A DNA stretch of 62,816 nucleotides, the filler included, from Basidiobolus ranarum (Eukaryota), in the NCBI GenBank assembly GCA_040143965.1. It is 19 parts of 19 records of this genome, joined end to end, with 100 filler letters (N's around TTAATTAATTAA, not from the genome) between each part and the next. Parts side by side here need not be neighbours in the genome. Positions count along the whole stretch, not along the records: positions 36,485 to 39,693 come from JASJQH010002649.1; positions 39,794 to 43,000 come from JASJQH010002650.1; positions 43,101 to 46,305 come from JASJQH010002651.1; positions 46,406 to 49,609 come from JASJQH010002652.1; positions 49,710 to 52,911 come from JASJQH010002653.1; 14 more parts are not named here. One strand, 5' to 3'. The notes beneath the pieces were generated by a model that saw nothing but the letters and a program-made list of their open reading frames with translations, did not search any database and was not told where the DNA came from. Positions 39,415 through 50,974 of this stretch are shown piece by piece. The position numbers and the translations under genes were made by a program. Each line of letters starts with the position of its first letter. Position 1 is the first letter of the stretch.

Positions 39415-39693
39415 ATGGTCAAAATCTCATCTGGTCTATCTTACATCTGCCTTACCGCTACTGCTTTCTTGGGTTTGGCAGTACAAGCTCTTCCAGCTCC
39501 AAGCGCTACTACCCAACAATTCAACCACACTCAGATATTAGCCGAGAAGAGCATACTCGGGGATATCACCAACTTTGACGCGTGCTCTCTCCAATTTCGT
39601 TTTGACAATGGCCAGTGTACTGACTGGGCCGATGCTCGCTACTATCAACTCACCTGCCAGCATACTCAGTGGTGGGGTAATGCTCTCACGTGG
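39415..39693 (+). CDS. CHAP amidase copy 3 (5' part; contig edge)
   Basis: Near-identical to copy 2 through WWGNALTW; the upstream promoter region is also duplicated. Confidence 0.9.
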
Positions 39694-39893
39694 NNNNNNN
39701 NNNNNNNNNNNNNNNNNNNNNNNNNNNNNNNNNNNNNTTAATTAATTAANNNNNNNNNNNNNNNNNNNNNNNNNNNNNNNNNNNNNNNNNNNNCTTTAAT
39801 GATAGTTGAGATGATTTATTACACAGTAAAGTATTATATATTACAGGGTCACGCAAAGAGTACTCGTGCTTGCTAATCTGCACTGGGACCGAG

Positions 39894-40262
39894 CTAGACC
39901 GCGGCTGTTGGAACTGGTGCTTTACTGTCCAAGTATAGTTGGCGACGAGGAGCACAAGGAGTAATAGTCTTCAACCTCTGGGATGGTTGGAGTTGGCGAT
40001 AGTTCTGATGGCTTCTTTTAGCGATAAATTCTCCCTCGTTCGTAAGTTCATTATTACCGAGAACGCAACCGAGAGAAGCCTGGATATAACCAGTGCTGGC
40101 TTGGAGATTAATGTAAAGCTCTTCCATATCGGATTTGTTGGTATAATCAAGCAATGGTAGGTAGTTATGAATATTCAACGAGCGGTATACTTGTTTTATA
40201 TATGGTACCGTTGCCATGGTATCCTCACCGATACATGAAAAAACCGCGACGCCATAAAACAT
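39894..40262 (-). CDS. Hypothetical ORF or gene remnant
   Basis: 122-aa ORF with normal CpG content and no recognisable domain. Confidence 0.2.
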   Translation of the reverse strand: MFYGVAVFSCIGEDTMATVPYIKQVYRSLNIHNYLPLLDYTNKSDMEELYINLQASTGYIQASLGCVLGNNELTNEGEFIAKRSHQNYRQLQPSQRLKTITPCAPRRQLYLDSKAPVPTAAV

Positions 40263-41390
40263 CTATATTAAGTAACTAACCAAAAGATTTCATCACAATG
40301 ATAACCTCGAGCTTTTGGGGAACTCCGAATTCAATCCAAGCCACATCGGAAGAACGATGATGCTTTTTTACAACTCGGCTATATGTCAACCAATGTTTTT
40401 AGGATTGAGTAACCATTCTTTAGATTTAGGCTACTGTGACGTAACATGGAAGTGAAGATATCTGATTCAATCAGCAGCCTCTCCTACTCAATTTAGCCAT
40501 ATGATCGATTGACTGTGCCAGTTTTGTGGGGAGAGCCATGCTTGAATGTGGGGAAACCGTGATCGAACGGAGCTTATTCTCTCTACGTCGTGATTTTACA
40601 AAGAGTAAGGTGGTTGTAATACTGGCGATTTACGTAAGCCTCTCGCCATGCTTTATATCGCGATTCGTTCTAATAGTTCTCTATTCTGGGGGATTTCACA
40701 ACTCGAGCTACAATATTCTACCAACTGTATTGTAGTTTGCACAGTACATCATCCATGATCATCTTTGCATACATCCACCAGTAAGCATAGAAGAGGCAGA
40801 TGCTTTACCACTGCAGCATTGTTTTTGTTTAATAGCAAATGATGACAAGTGCATATCTCTAATTGAGTAGATTAGCATGAATGACCTCCATCATTAGCAA
40901 TTCTGCTCGCAACCATAGGAATTAGTAATTCCCTAAACCATGTTTTAAACTAATGAAATCAAGGGATTCCTTTAAATAGGGTGAAATAACATCATCAACA
41001 GTTGCACTTTTCTCCTGACTTTCTGAAGTATGCTTTTAATTCAATCTTGGGATGAGGCAATACCGCTTTTCTTTGAGTATTTACCACCTGGATCTTGCAG
41101 GATCCACATGTGCATGTGCTCTAATTTCATGAAAAGGGGCTTGCTGGAACCATTCTGATGTGATCGCACAATCCACCATTGATTTGAATATTTTAATACA
41201 CACATTGTTCTGCTTGCGGTCTTTGTCTTTCAGACTTTACTTTGTTTTAACGTACACGTAGAATAGGGTTGCTTTATATTCCCAGGAATTACTTCTTCCT
41301 TTTCATAGAGTTTATTAGTTTTAATAGAGACAAGACCTACTTTACCTTTATCTACTCAGGCTTTGGGATACGTTTTTGAGCGAAAAAATC

Positions 41391-43000
41391 ATGTCCTCTC
41401 TCACAAAGCATTCTAAACCTTCTTCCGTTTCACAACTCTGGACTCAAAGAAACATACATAGAACGTCACCGTTTCCACGACAGGATTATAGTGTTTGTGA
41501 ATTCCAAGATGATATATACATCTTTGCTGGAAGTATAGAAAGTGTACCTCAAAACGATGTGCATATTATTCACTCACGTTAGTGTCTCGTATTCGCTTTC
41601 TACTCCGTTATAATAACGCACTGAACATTTACTACTTCTATACAGAGAGTTTTTCAAGTGAAGTAGTGGTAACTTCAGGGGAGGTACCTTGTCCTCGTTC
41701 GGGACATACAGCATTAAGCGTAGGAAAGCATTTATTAAGTAAGCCAAGATTTCTCATAGCAACGAGGGTTTCAGAACAGGAGCTGATCAATATGATTTGT
41801 AGTTTTTGGCGGGGAAACATTGAGCAGTCGTTGGGATGATTCGTTGTATTCGCTTAATATAGGTACGTACAGTGATTTAATGCTTTGGTGTTTACTATAT
41901 CAACCCACTACACCTCCCTAGAGAGTAAAATTTGGACTAGGCTGCCCATGCAGAGCAATTCCTTGGTGGGAAGAATAGATCATTCTGCAGTTGCGGTCGG
42001 ATCAACCATGTATTTATTCGGTGGCCAAGTAGATGGCTACTATCTCAACGATTTGGTTGCGTTTGACACGAAAACATGTACGTGATACTGGTTTTTATCT
42101 ATATTAGGGCTATATATGTTGTGTAAATAATGTTTCTCACCCAACATTTAAACTCAGTGTCCACTCAGTGTCCGCACTGGGATTATATTGCATCAGGATA
42201 CGAGAGTCCACCAGAGAGAGCTTGTCATTCAACAGCGGTTTACAAGAATCGGATTTACGTGTTAGTCCATTTTGAAGTCGATGATGGCAAGTGTTGTTCG
42301 CTAATTCATTCGTTTCTAGCTTCGGTGGAAGAGATACAGACAGGTATTTCAACGATCTCTGGTGCTATGATCCGGAGTCGAACTGCTGGTCCCAGATTGT
42401 AACTGGCAATGGTCCTGGGAAACGAATTGGCCACACCGCTTGTACTCGCGATGATTTGATGTATATTTTTGGGGGCCAAGACGAATCGGGAACGTTCCTC
42501 AATGAAGTTCATGTCTTTAGTTTTCTGAGTAATTGATCTTAATCTTGTGAAGGTTACATACGAAAGCAACCTACTAAACCTTGATACCTATTTAGAGGAG
42601 GCGTGGTTGGACCTTCCCAGTTTTCATTTGGGTGACACATTGCCCAACAAGGTAAAGGCTTGCTTGATTCATGAGAAGATCCATGTGTTGGTTGGTGAAT
42701 GTAACTCAGTCCATATCCTGGATAAAGGTATGTCGGCAATACTCTTCACCGTTCGCGTGTGAGCATACTAAATCATTATTAGTGAAAGGCAAAAATTACG
42801 TGAATGTTCATTTGGGTGAGGACTACTTCTCTAACACTCAGGATCATCCAACACCTACCGAGGCAAACAATGAACAGTATCCCAGAAACCACCCTTCCCA
42901 ACTAGAAATCTCGCGAAGAGGATCCACTATTAACTTGGAAATCAGTCGATTACTGACCCCTAGTCCAGTTCTATCTGAACCTAATCCGATTAAGGGTTCT
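41391..43000 (+). CDS. Kelch-repeat cell-polarity protein (Kel1/Kel2/Tea1-like), multi-exon, 3' truncated
   Basis: SPFPRQDYS..IYIFAG, PCPRSGHTAL, FGG..DDSLYSLN, GRIDHSAVAVGSTMYLFGGQVDGYYLNDLVAFD, PPERACHS, FGG..YFNDLWCYD and RIGHTAC..MYIFGG, separated by short GT-AG introns. Confidence 0.88.
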
Positions 43001-43100
43001 NNNNNNNNNNNNNNNNNNNNNNNNNNNNNNNNNNNNNNNNNNNNTTAATTAATTAANNNNNNNNNNNNNNNNNNNNNNNNNNNNNNNNNNNNNNNNNNNN

Positions 43101-44215
43101 AAAGAGGTTTTGTTTGGGTTGACAGGCTTCAGTAAATTCCAGTTTTTGTCAGCTGGATCTGAATTCGCTGCTAGAATTAACCCAGTAGTTTCAGTCATTC
43201 CATACATCGATGCAAGATTGACATTTTGTTTGATTAAGTTAGTGGCAATATGTTCAGAGAACGCTGCACCACAAACCATTACTACTTGTAACTTCCTCAG
43301 TAAGGGATACACAGTAGGATCTTCCTCAGCAACGAAGTAGACTTGTTCTAGCATCCAGGGTACCAATAATAGTAAGGTTGGTTGATATCTTTTCAAAGTA
43401 TCAATGATATTGCGACCAGTAGGAATGAAGGTCCCCAAGTGTGAAGTTGGAATTACGTAAGTTCCACCGTGATACATCATTCTTAGAAAGTCGCATATGT
43501 TGCTAGCAGCATGGAATAATGGTAGGAATGCACATGAAATACTTTCCGAGTCAACAAAACCTCTTTGAGAAGCCTCACAGTACCTAAGACCGGTCAGGAT
43601 CTGCTTGCTACCCTGGGTGATGAGCTTTGGAAAGAGAGTGCTCCCAGAGGTATGAATATACATGATACGTCGATCCATATCATCAGGTCGTCCTTTTCCT
43701 AGTGATTCCATCTCGGGGGTTATCGGGAAGGCTTCATTGGTGTTAGGACTCAAGTTCGGGATGCTTGGAAACTCATCAGACTCATGTTCAGTCAGAAGAT
43801 ATACCTCAATCGCGGGTATAGCTTTGCGGATATCTTTCGCTATCTCAATGAATTGAGGATGTACTGCCAAGACACTTGCCTTTCCTTCTTTCAGGAGGTG
43901 AACCATCCCATCAGAGGAATTTTTTGTGCTCAAGTTTAGGGATACAGCCCGTGCTCGTATCAAGGAATATACAAGCGTACAGTACTCAATACAGTTTGGT
44001 GCCAGGATTCCCACTACAGTATTTTCTTCGATCGAGATTTGATTCTTAGGCCACAAATAGTAGCTGTTATAGATGGTCAAATCCCGGAACAGCTTGTATG
44101 AGATTTGCTGTTCTTCACCTTGAGCATCGGTGTAAATAAGAGCGACTTTGGTGCCACTCTGCTTGCTATGAAGATCCAGAAGAGTATTGAAGTCGTTAGA
44201 TTGGAAACTGGGCAT
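43101..44215 (-). CDS. NRPS-like adenylation domain (fungal carboxylic acid reductase A-T-R type), 5' part
   Basis: ATG at 44215. Motifs YIHTSGSTLFPK (A3), FLPLFHA, LVPWMLEQ, CGAA and YGMTETTG (A5). Intronless to the contig edge. Confidence 0.88.
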
Positions 44216-45737
44216 TGTTTGCTGAATAGTAAACTGGTGTTTGCTCAAGACAAACCAGTGGCTATTTTATATACAAATTAATGACATTCGGAACATAACA
44301 TGCTCCACAGTATGAAGTAGATGGGGATGCATACATCATACAGTAACGTTCAACAATCGACTACATGCAAACATGATATCAAGGAAATACTTCAATCCCG
44401 AGTAACCGATTGACTCAATCCAACGAAACTGTACAAGTGGTAACTCAAACTCTTGCACTAGCTGCATGCGTTCGTACCTGTCGTCACTAATTCCACCTAC
44501 TTATTCTCTTGGGATTTCAAATCAATCTATCATTCTGTAAACAATATATTCCCAAGAAATGCTGTTGGAGGATGAAACTGTTTCTAATAGATAAGAGCCG
44601 TCAAATGTGATCAGCAAAGAGTTAATAATATCGGCTAAAATTAGAAGCCGTTGAATTCATCCGATATGTATCTGGAGTACAACTGGTTACCCTGATCAAT
44701 TACGAAATAGCATACCACAATCAATCAAGTCCATTAGCACATTTCATTGCATGGCAAAACTCGCACGTGACTAGCCAATGTTTATCTGATAACTTAAACC
44801 CGTGTAATTATTGGTTGAAGTATTCAGGGGATTCGGATAAACACATTTAACCATAATTTGAAATCAGCATCATTTGGGCATGATATCACGATCACATTCA
44901 CCCCTTTTGTTGACGTGAAATATGCAGACATCATTTGGGCTTTGCTTGTGTAAAAGTCATGGAGATAGGTTAAACTTTTTGAGGGCCCAACATTATTCCT
45001 TTCGCACTGAATATATACAGTAGAGAATAAACTATTATAGGTGACGGAATGGATGCTCTTATCGGTTATTTCCCAACAGAGCAACTAAACTATCATGTTA
45101 CTCAGAGTTGCTCCATCCCTTGGTTGGCTGACGCAGTGAACCTACTATGTTCAATCTTGATTACATGTATTACTTAGAAGCAGCTCTTGCGATACACATC
45201 GGGTGATCTTGACCATATTCGTATACTGATTACATATTTTTCTCCCAAATTCAGGTCGCCAATAATATTGACATTGTAATGTGTAACAGAGTACCATAAA
45301 CCATAGCTTGGTTGTTCCTAGCTACTGAAGTATAGAATATAGCTGATAAAATTATTAAGCACAGCACAGCCAAGAAGGGTTAGAAATTATAGTCATATTT
45401 TACTCACGTATTAGACGATATCTAATACAACATGGGATTAAGATATATCGGTAGTTTAACCTTCAGTATTTATTTGATTTTGAAGATGTAAGGTAGCGTT
45501 GGAGTTGATGCACAGGTAAGGAGATAAGAAATATGAGGAGGTTTGCATGCCATATATATATGTATGCATATTCAGTACCTACTGATTCTTCCTGGCCTAC
45601 CTTAATAAATAATTTAATAAGGGCCCAACATAAATCCCAAAATATTGAGTGAGTAAAAGCTGACTATAATTTACTGAGCACTGCCATCGTCATGTATTAT
45701 TATCCAGCATGGAATATCGCGACCATCATTACGAATA

Positions 45738-46305
45738 CTACAACGGAATTGGCAAGAAATCCAAATCATTCAAAAATCCGATTTGCTTCCAATATGTGAG
45801 ATAGCGCGAGATGAGTGATTCGTCAATGACCGGACAATCTCTAGCCAAAGTGGGGGATCTTTCGCAGGTTATCTTGGTTTCCAACCTGATGTCAACAGAG
45901 GCCAAAGGTGAACTGACTATTTTTTCTAAATATGGCAGCAGTGTGAAAATTGGATCTACAGTTCGAAGATCTTCATCTGCCTGAGCAAGTTGCTGCAAGT
46001 TCGACCACCATTCTTGTAATGGCACCATTCGGATTTTACGGCCTGTAATATGGCTAACATATTTGATGAATTCAGTCCATGGCTCAGCGGGATGAGGGTT
46101 GACTTGATGGTAAACGTTGATACCCTCTTGTCGCTCTTTAGGATATGTAATCAGTTCAACCAAGCTTTTGGCCCCGATGTTAACAGGGATCCAATCGGTC
46201 GGCAGAGTTACTATTGGTGCGATTCCGGTAGTTATTGCGTTCCGAATGAGAATAGGGAATTGCTCCCGGGTATTCCAAGCACCCGACTCACTATTACCCG
46301 ATATT
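45738..46305 (-). CDS. C-terminal thioester-reductase (NAD_binding_4) domain of a second NRPS-like/CAR gene, 3' part
   Basis: Open from the contig edge: ISGNSESGAWNTREQFPILI...DWIPVNIGAK...VYHQVNPH...PLQEWW...LETKITCERSPTL...YLTYWKQIGFL*. Confidence 0.85.
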
Positions 46306-46405
46306 NNNNNNNNNNNNNNNNNNNNNNNNNNNNNNNNNNNNNNNNNNNNTTAATTAATTAANNNNNNNNNNNNNNNNNNNNNNNNNNNNNNNNNNNNNNN
46401 NNNNN

Positions 46406-47550
46406 CATCACTTATCAGTAGTGTCTAGCACTTTATAAACTCTCCTTTAAGTGTTTCCCATACCGGACGTTTGTTATCACCATACCCTTTGTCTTTTGTT
46501 AGCAGGTTTTAGCTCTTAGTAGACTTCGCTATTAGTGTTTCCTGTACCCGACATTTGCTATCACCATACCTTTCATCATTTGTCAATAGTATTAAGCGCT
46601 TTGTAGACTTTTCTTAAAATGTTGCAAATACCCGTCGTTTATTATCACCATATCCTTTATCATTTGTCAGCAGTCCATAAGACTCGTAAACTCTTTTTCA
46701 AGTGTTTCCCATACCTTAGCAGTACCACTTCGTAGACTCTTCTTTTTTAAGAGTTTCCTATACCCTGCGTTGTTGTCACCATACTCTCGGTCATTTTTTA
46801 GGAGTCACCATACCCTTCATCATTTGTCAGTGGCCGTTAGCACTGTATAAACTTTTGTTCAAGTGTTTCTAGTCTTTATCAACATACCTGCCGTTTCTTG
46901 GCACCGTTCCCATAGGCATTTATCGGTGGTCTATAGCAGTTCGTAGACTCTACTTTAAGTGTTATCCAAACTTGTTATTTCTTGGCTCCATACCCTTCAT
47001 CGCTTGGTAGTAGCCTTCAGCACTGCCTAGACTCTCTTTTAAGTGTTTTCTGTACGAGTTGTTTTATTATTACCATACCCTTCGTCGTTTTCAGTAGTCT
47101 TTAGCACTTCCTTACCACTTTATTAGCTTTCCTTTAAGTGTTTACCATGCCCGTCATTTTTGGCACCATACTCTTCATCGTTTGTCAGTGATTTTAGCTC
47201 TCCGTATACTACCCTTGAAGTACTTCCCATACCTGTTGTTTCTTGGCACCATAACCTTTGTCATTTTTCAGTAGTCCATAGCATCTCCAAGGTTCTCTTT
47301 TAAGTGTTTCCCATCCCCGTCATTTGTGGCACCACACTCTTCTTTGTTTGTCAGTGGTCTTTAGCTCTCCGTATACTCTCCTTTAACTATTTCCCATACC
47401 GCTCTTTCCTTGGCATCATATCCTTTCCTTAACTTTCATCGTTTCTAAGCATTCTTTACCACTTCATAACCTCTTTGATCGTTAGCTCCCCGTATACTAC
47501 CCTATAAGTGTTTTCCATACCCGTCGTTTGTGGTCAAGTTACCCTTTGTC
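46406..47550. repeat. Diverged ~84-bp tandem satellite, array 1
   Basis: Approximate consensus AAGTGTTTCCCATACCCGTCGTTTCTTGGCACCATACCCTTCGTCATTTGTCAGTAGTCTTTAGCACTTCGTAGACTCTCCTTT, with units starting near 46449, 46534, 46617 and 46700. Confidence 0.9.
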
Positions 47551-48159
47551 TTTGTTTCAATTTTAACCCTATTATTAGTCTAAATTTCTAACCATATAGA
47601 ATATTCTAGTAACTTCTACCCTTCACTAGCACCAGTGGTCTTGTTGCTTTAAATCCAGAAGTTTGTATGTATTTAGCACAATATATGATTTAACAGGCAA
47701 TTCTTTGATCCGTTATAAACATGAATATTAAAATATTCGATTGAAAAGGAAACTATCCAAAAAGTGGCTTACGACAAAGCTAAGACTAGGTCACCTGAGC
47801 ATGATGAACTGAATAATTCAAGATGTTAACAAAGTATCATGCCGGGTTTTAATGTTTTGCATAACATCGAGACAGAGTTGGCCGATAATATTCCTGTTAC
47901 AACACACAAATGATTAAGCTAAGCCACAACCGCCTCGTGGCGTGAGTATTAATAGCACAGCAGTTGGAGATATCGCATGGAATTGAAATTGAAGTTTGTT
48001 TCACTCTTTCTTTGTTTGGATGAGACATTCATTAAGAGTTCAACTATTGATGTTAGTATAACTTAAAATAGCTATGATAATCAATTAAGATGAAGCGCAA
48101 ATAACTTTGTATTGAACAAAAATGAACCAGAATCAATAGGGCAAAAGAGGAATTATTAT

Positions 48160-49609
48160 GTTCATTAGTCAGTAGCCTTTGGCACTTTGCAGATTATCTC
48201 TTTAATGTTTCCCATAACCGTCGTTTCATGGCACCATACCATTTGTCGTTTGTCAGTAGTCTTTAGCACTTCGTAAACTCAACCTTAAACATTTTCCATA
48301 CCCATCGTTTCCTGGCGCCGTACCCTTTCTCTCTTGTCAGTAGTCTTTAACGCTTTGTAGACTATCCCGTGAGTGTTTCCCTTCACCATATTCTTCGTCA
48401 TTTATCCGTATACCTAAGCACTTAATAAACTCTACTTCAATTGTTTCCTATACCAGCTGTTTCTTGACACCGTACCCTTTGCCACTTGTCAATTGTTAAG
48501 TCAATAGTCTTTGGCACAAATCTACTTTAATTGTTTCCTAACCGCTGTTTCTTGACACCGTACCCTTTATCACTTGTCAGTTGTATTTAGCCCTTGATAA
48601 AATGTGCTTTAAGTGTTTTCCATCCCGGTCATTTCTTGGCACCATACCCTCCATTGCTTGTCAGTAATATTTAGAACTGCCTTGTTTCCTCTACCCATTG
48701 TTTCTTGACACCATACCTTTTGACATTTTTCAGTAGTCTTACGCACCTTCTAGACTTTACTTGAAGTGTGTACCATACCCGACGTTTCTTCCCACCGTAT
48801 AGTTTGTCTCTTTTCTGCACTTTATCGGCTCTCTTTTAAGTGTTTTCCATACCCGTCATTTCTTTGCTCCATACCCTTCGATATTTGCCAGTAGTCTGTG
48901 GCATTTCAAGTGTTTTCATATATATCATTTCTTGTTACAGTACCCTTTGTCATTTTTCAATAGTCTTTCGCACCCCGTACCTGAAGTGTTTACCATACCC
49001 GACGTTTCTTCCCACCGTATCGTTTGTCTCTTTTATGCACTTTATCTGCTCTCCTTTAAACGTCTTCCATACCCGTCGTTTCTTGGCACCATACCCTTCA
49101 ATATTTGCCAGTAGTCTGTTGCACTTCAAGTGTTTCCCATACCGCTTGTTTGTTATCACCATACCCTTCGCTTGTTTCAGTAGTCTTTAGCACTGCGTAA
49201 ACTCTGCATTAAGTGTTTCCCTCACCGCTTGTTTCTTGGCTCATACCCTTTGTCATTTTTCAGTAATCTCTAGCCCTTCGTGGACTCTCCTTGAAGTTTT
49301 CCACACTCATTGTTTCTTGGTACCATACCCTTCGTCATTTTTTGGTAGTCTTTAGCACTTTGTTGACTCTTTCTAACTTGTCTTATACCTGAAATTTCTT
49401 GGCACTATACGCTTCGTTTTTTTCTAGTAGTCTTGTGAACTGCTTGGACTCTCCTTTAAGTTATTTCCATACCCGCTGTTTATTATTACCGTACTCTTTG
49501 TCATTTGTCAGCAGTCTTTAGCATTTTGTAGACTCTCCGTGAGGTGATTTCAATACCACTCTTTTCCTGACACTTAGTAATACCGCTCTTTTCTTGGCAC
49601 CACGCCCTT
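48160..49609. repeat. Diverged ~84-bp tandem satellite, array 2 (same orientation)
   Basis: Same consensus; includes a higher-identity duplicated block at ~48760-48860 vs ~48980-49080. Confidence 0.9.
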
Positions 49610-50034
49610 NNNNNNNNNNNNNNNNNNNNNNNNNNNNNNNNNNNNNNNNNNNNTTAATTAATTAANNNNNNNNNNNNNNNNNNNNNNNNNNNNNNNNNNN
49701 NNNNNNNNNCTGACTCGAAATTTGAGAGAATGCGTTGATCTTGCCTATCTATGCAACATGCTACAACATAGACCAACTCATGCTGCTTAAACTATATAGA
49801 GTGGAGGTGATTATGGTGGATCTTACCTAGACCAACCATAATAACTGTTCTAGGCTTAATTTCTTATCCTAACGGCCTTATTAAACACATCCTGAAGAGA
49901 GTTGGGCTGATTTAGGTGGGAGGTAGAATGAGGATTAAGATTCAATTAGCTGTACTATCCTAAAATATATGTCCCAGCGCTCTTATCAATACAATTCCAC
50001 TAAAGGTACACGACGCTACAGAAAAGTCTGTTCC

Positions 50035-50120
50035 TTAACTATCCAATACTAATCTTAACTATTCAATACTAATCTTAACTATCCAATACTAATCTTAACT
50101 ATCCAATACTAATCTTAACT
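50035..50120. repeat. 20-bp minisatellite, 4 copies (ATCCAATACTAATCTTAACT)
   Basis: Units at 50041, 50061 (one mismatch), 50081 and 50101. Confidence 0.95.
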
Positions 50121-50326
50121 GGTCTTGGATTTGAATCTGTTTGCAAAAAATTGTTCCAGGATTCCTTATTTAATATCAATATGAATACACTATTTGGGTG
50201 TGCCATCTCAGTTCGGAAGAATGACTCCCACTTTACTGAAAGTGATTTAGGAAATAGTTGGAGTCAACTTAAGAACAGTTTATTGATATTGATATTAGGC
50301 TGTTTCTATATACGGAAGAGTTAGGA

Positions 50327-50974
50327 TTAATACAGCCAATCAATGGTGATTGGCGACACAAACTCTTCGTTTTGTTTGTACTTCTTGACTAGAGTACTCT
50401 TGATCCCCGATGTGAGCATGGTTTCGGTGACGGGAAGAATTGTAGAACACTCGTTGGTGCTGTTGTTGTTCACTCCTACACATACCTCTTCGCCTAAACA
50501 ATTGGACTCGCTGTAGAAACAGTAATAACTCTCCTGATAAGAGCTATCAGTCAAGACATATGCCGCGGTGTTTGCAACTGCTTTCATATTATAGCATTGA
50601 TTATACTTGTAATACAAAAGTACTGTACTGAGATAATCTCTCAGTTCTTCTTCAGTCGAACCTAGAGCTTCTAAACCGGGACTTGCCACCAAACTGTCCT
50701 TACTATAGGAGGACCAGTCAAGAAGTGACCTGGCAAGTGGTGACACGTTTGCAAGTGAGAACCATGATGGGTTACAAGCGGGAGCCCCAATGGCCTCTAC
50801 CTGGATATCACTCAGTATGTCACAGGAAGAAGGAGGTGAGTCTATAAGCAGAGGCTCAGTGCCTGGAACCGGAGCCATTGGGGTGATAGCTTGGAAGGCA
50901 GGAACCGGGCCAGCCAAGGTATGTTGAACAATGGCAAGAATAGGCAGAACAAGATTGACCGATAAGCAAAGCAT
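50327..50974 (-). CDS. Uncharacterised secreted protein, 215 aa, intronless, Cys-containing
   Basis: Hydrophobic signal peptide (LVLPILAIVQHTLA-GP), a Pro-rich N-terminus and several Cys; TATA-like TATATAA at ~51022-51028 on the minus strand. Confidence 0.75.
   Translation of the reverse strand: MLCLSVNLVLPILAIVQHTLAGPVPAFQAITPMAPVPGTEPLLIDSPPSSCDILSDIQVEAIGAPACNPSWFSLANVSPLARSLLDWSSYSKDSLVASPGLEALGSTEEELRDYLSTVLLYYKYNQCYNMKAVANTAAYVLTDSSYQESYYCFYSESNCLGEEVCVGVNNNSTNECSTILPVTETMLTSGIKSTLVKKYKQNEEFVSPITIDWLY

Noticed and set aside
36485-46305. CHAP amidases plus NRPS-like genes as one antibacterial gene cluster
   Set aside because: They are on separate contigs with no evidence of linkage.
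47626-47660. tRNA-Gly-like start GCACCAGTGGTCTTGTTG
   Set aside because: No T-arm/B-box (GTTCGA) or cloverleaf follows.
46406-49609. CRISPR array or repeat-protein gene
   Set aside because: Units are contiguous and diverged with no unique spacers, there are no cas genes, the context is eukaryotic, and the consensus has stops in all frames. ORFs at 48840-49190 are chance.
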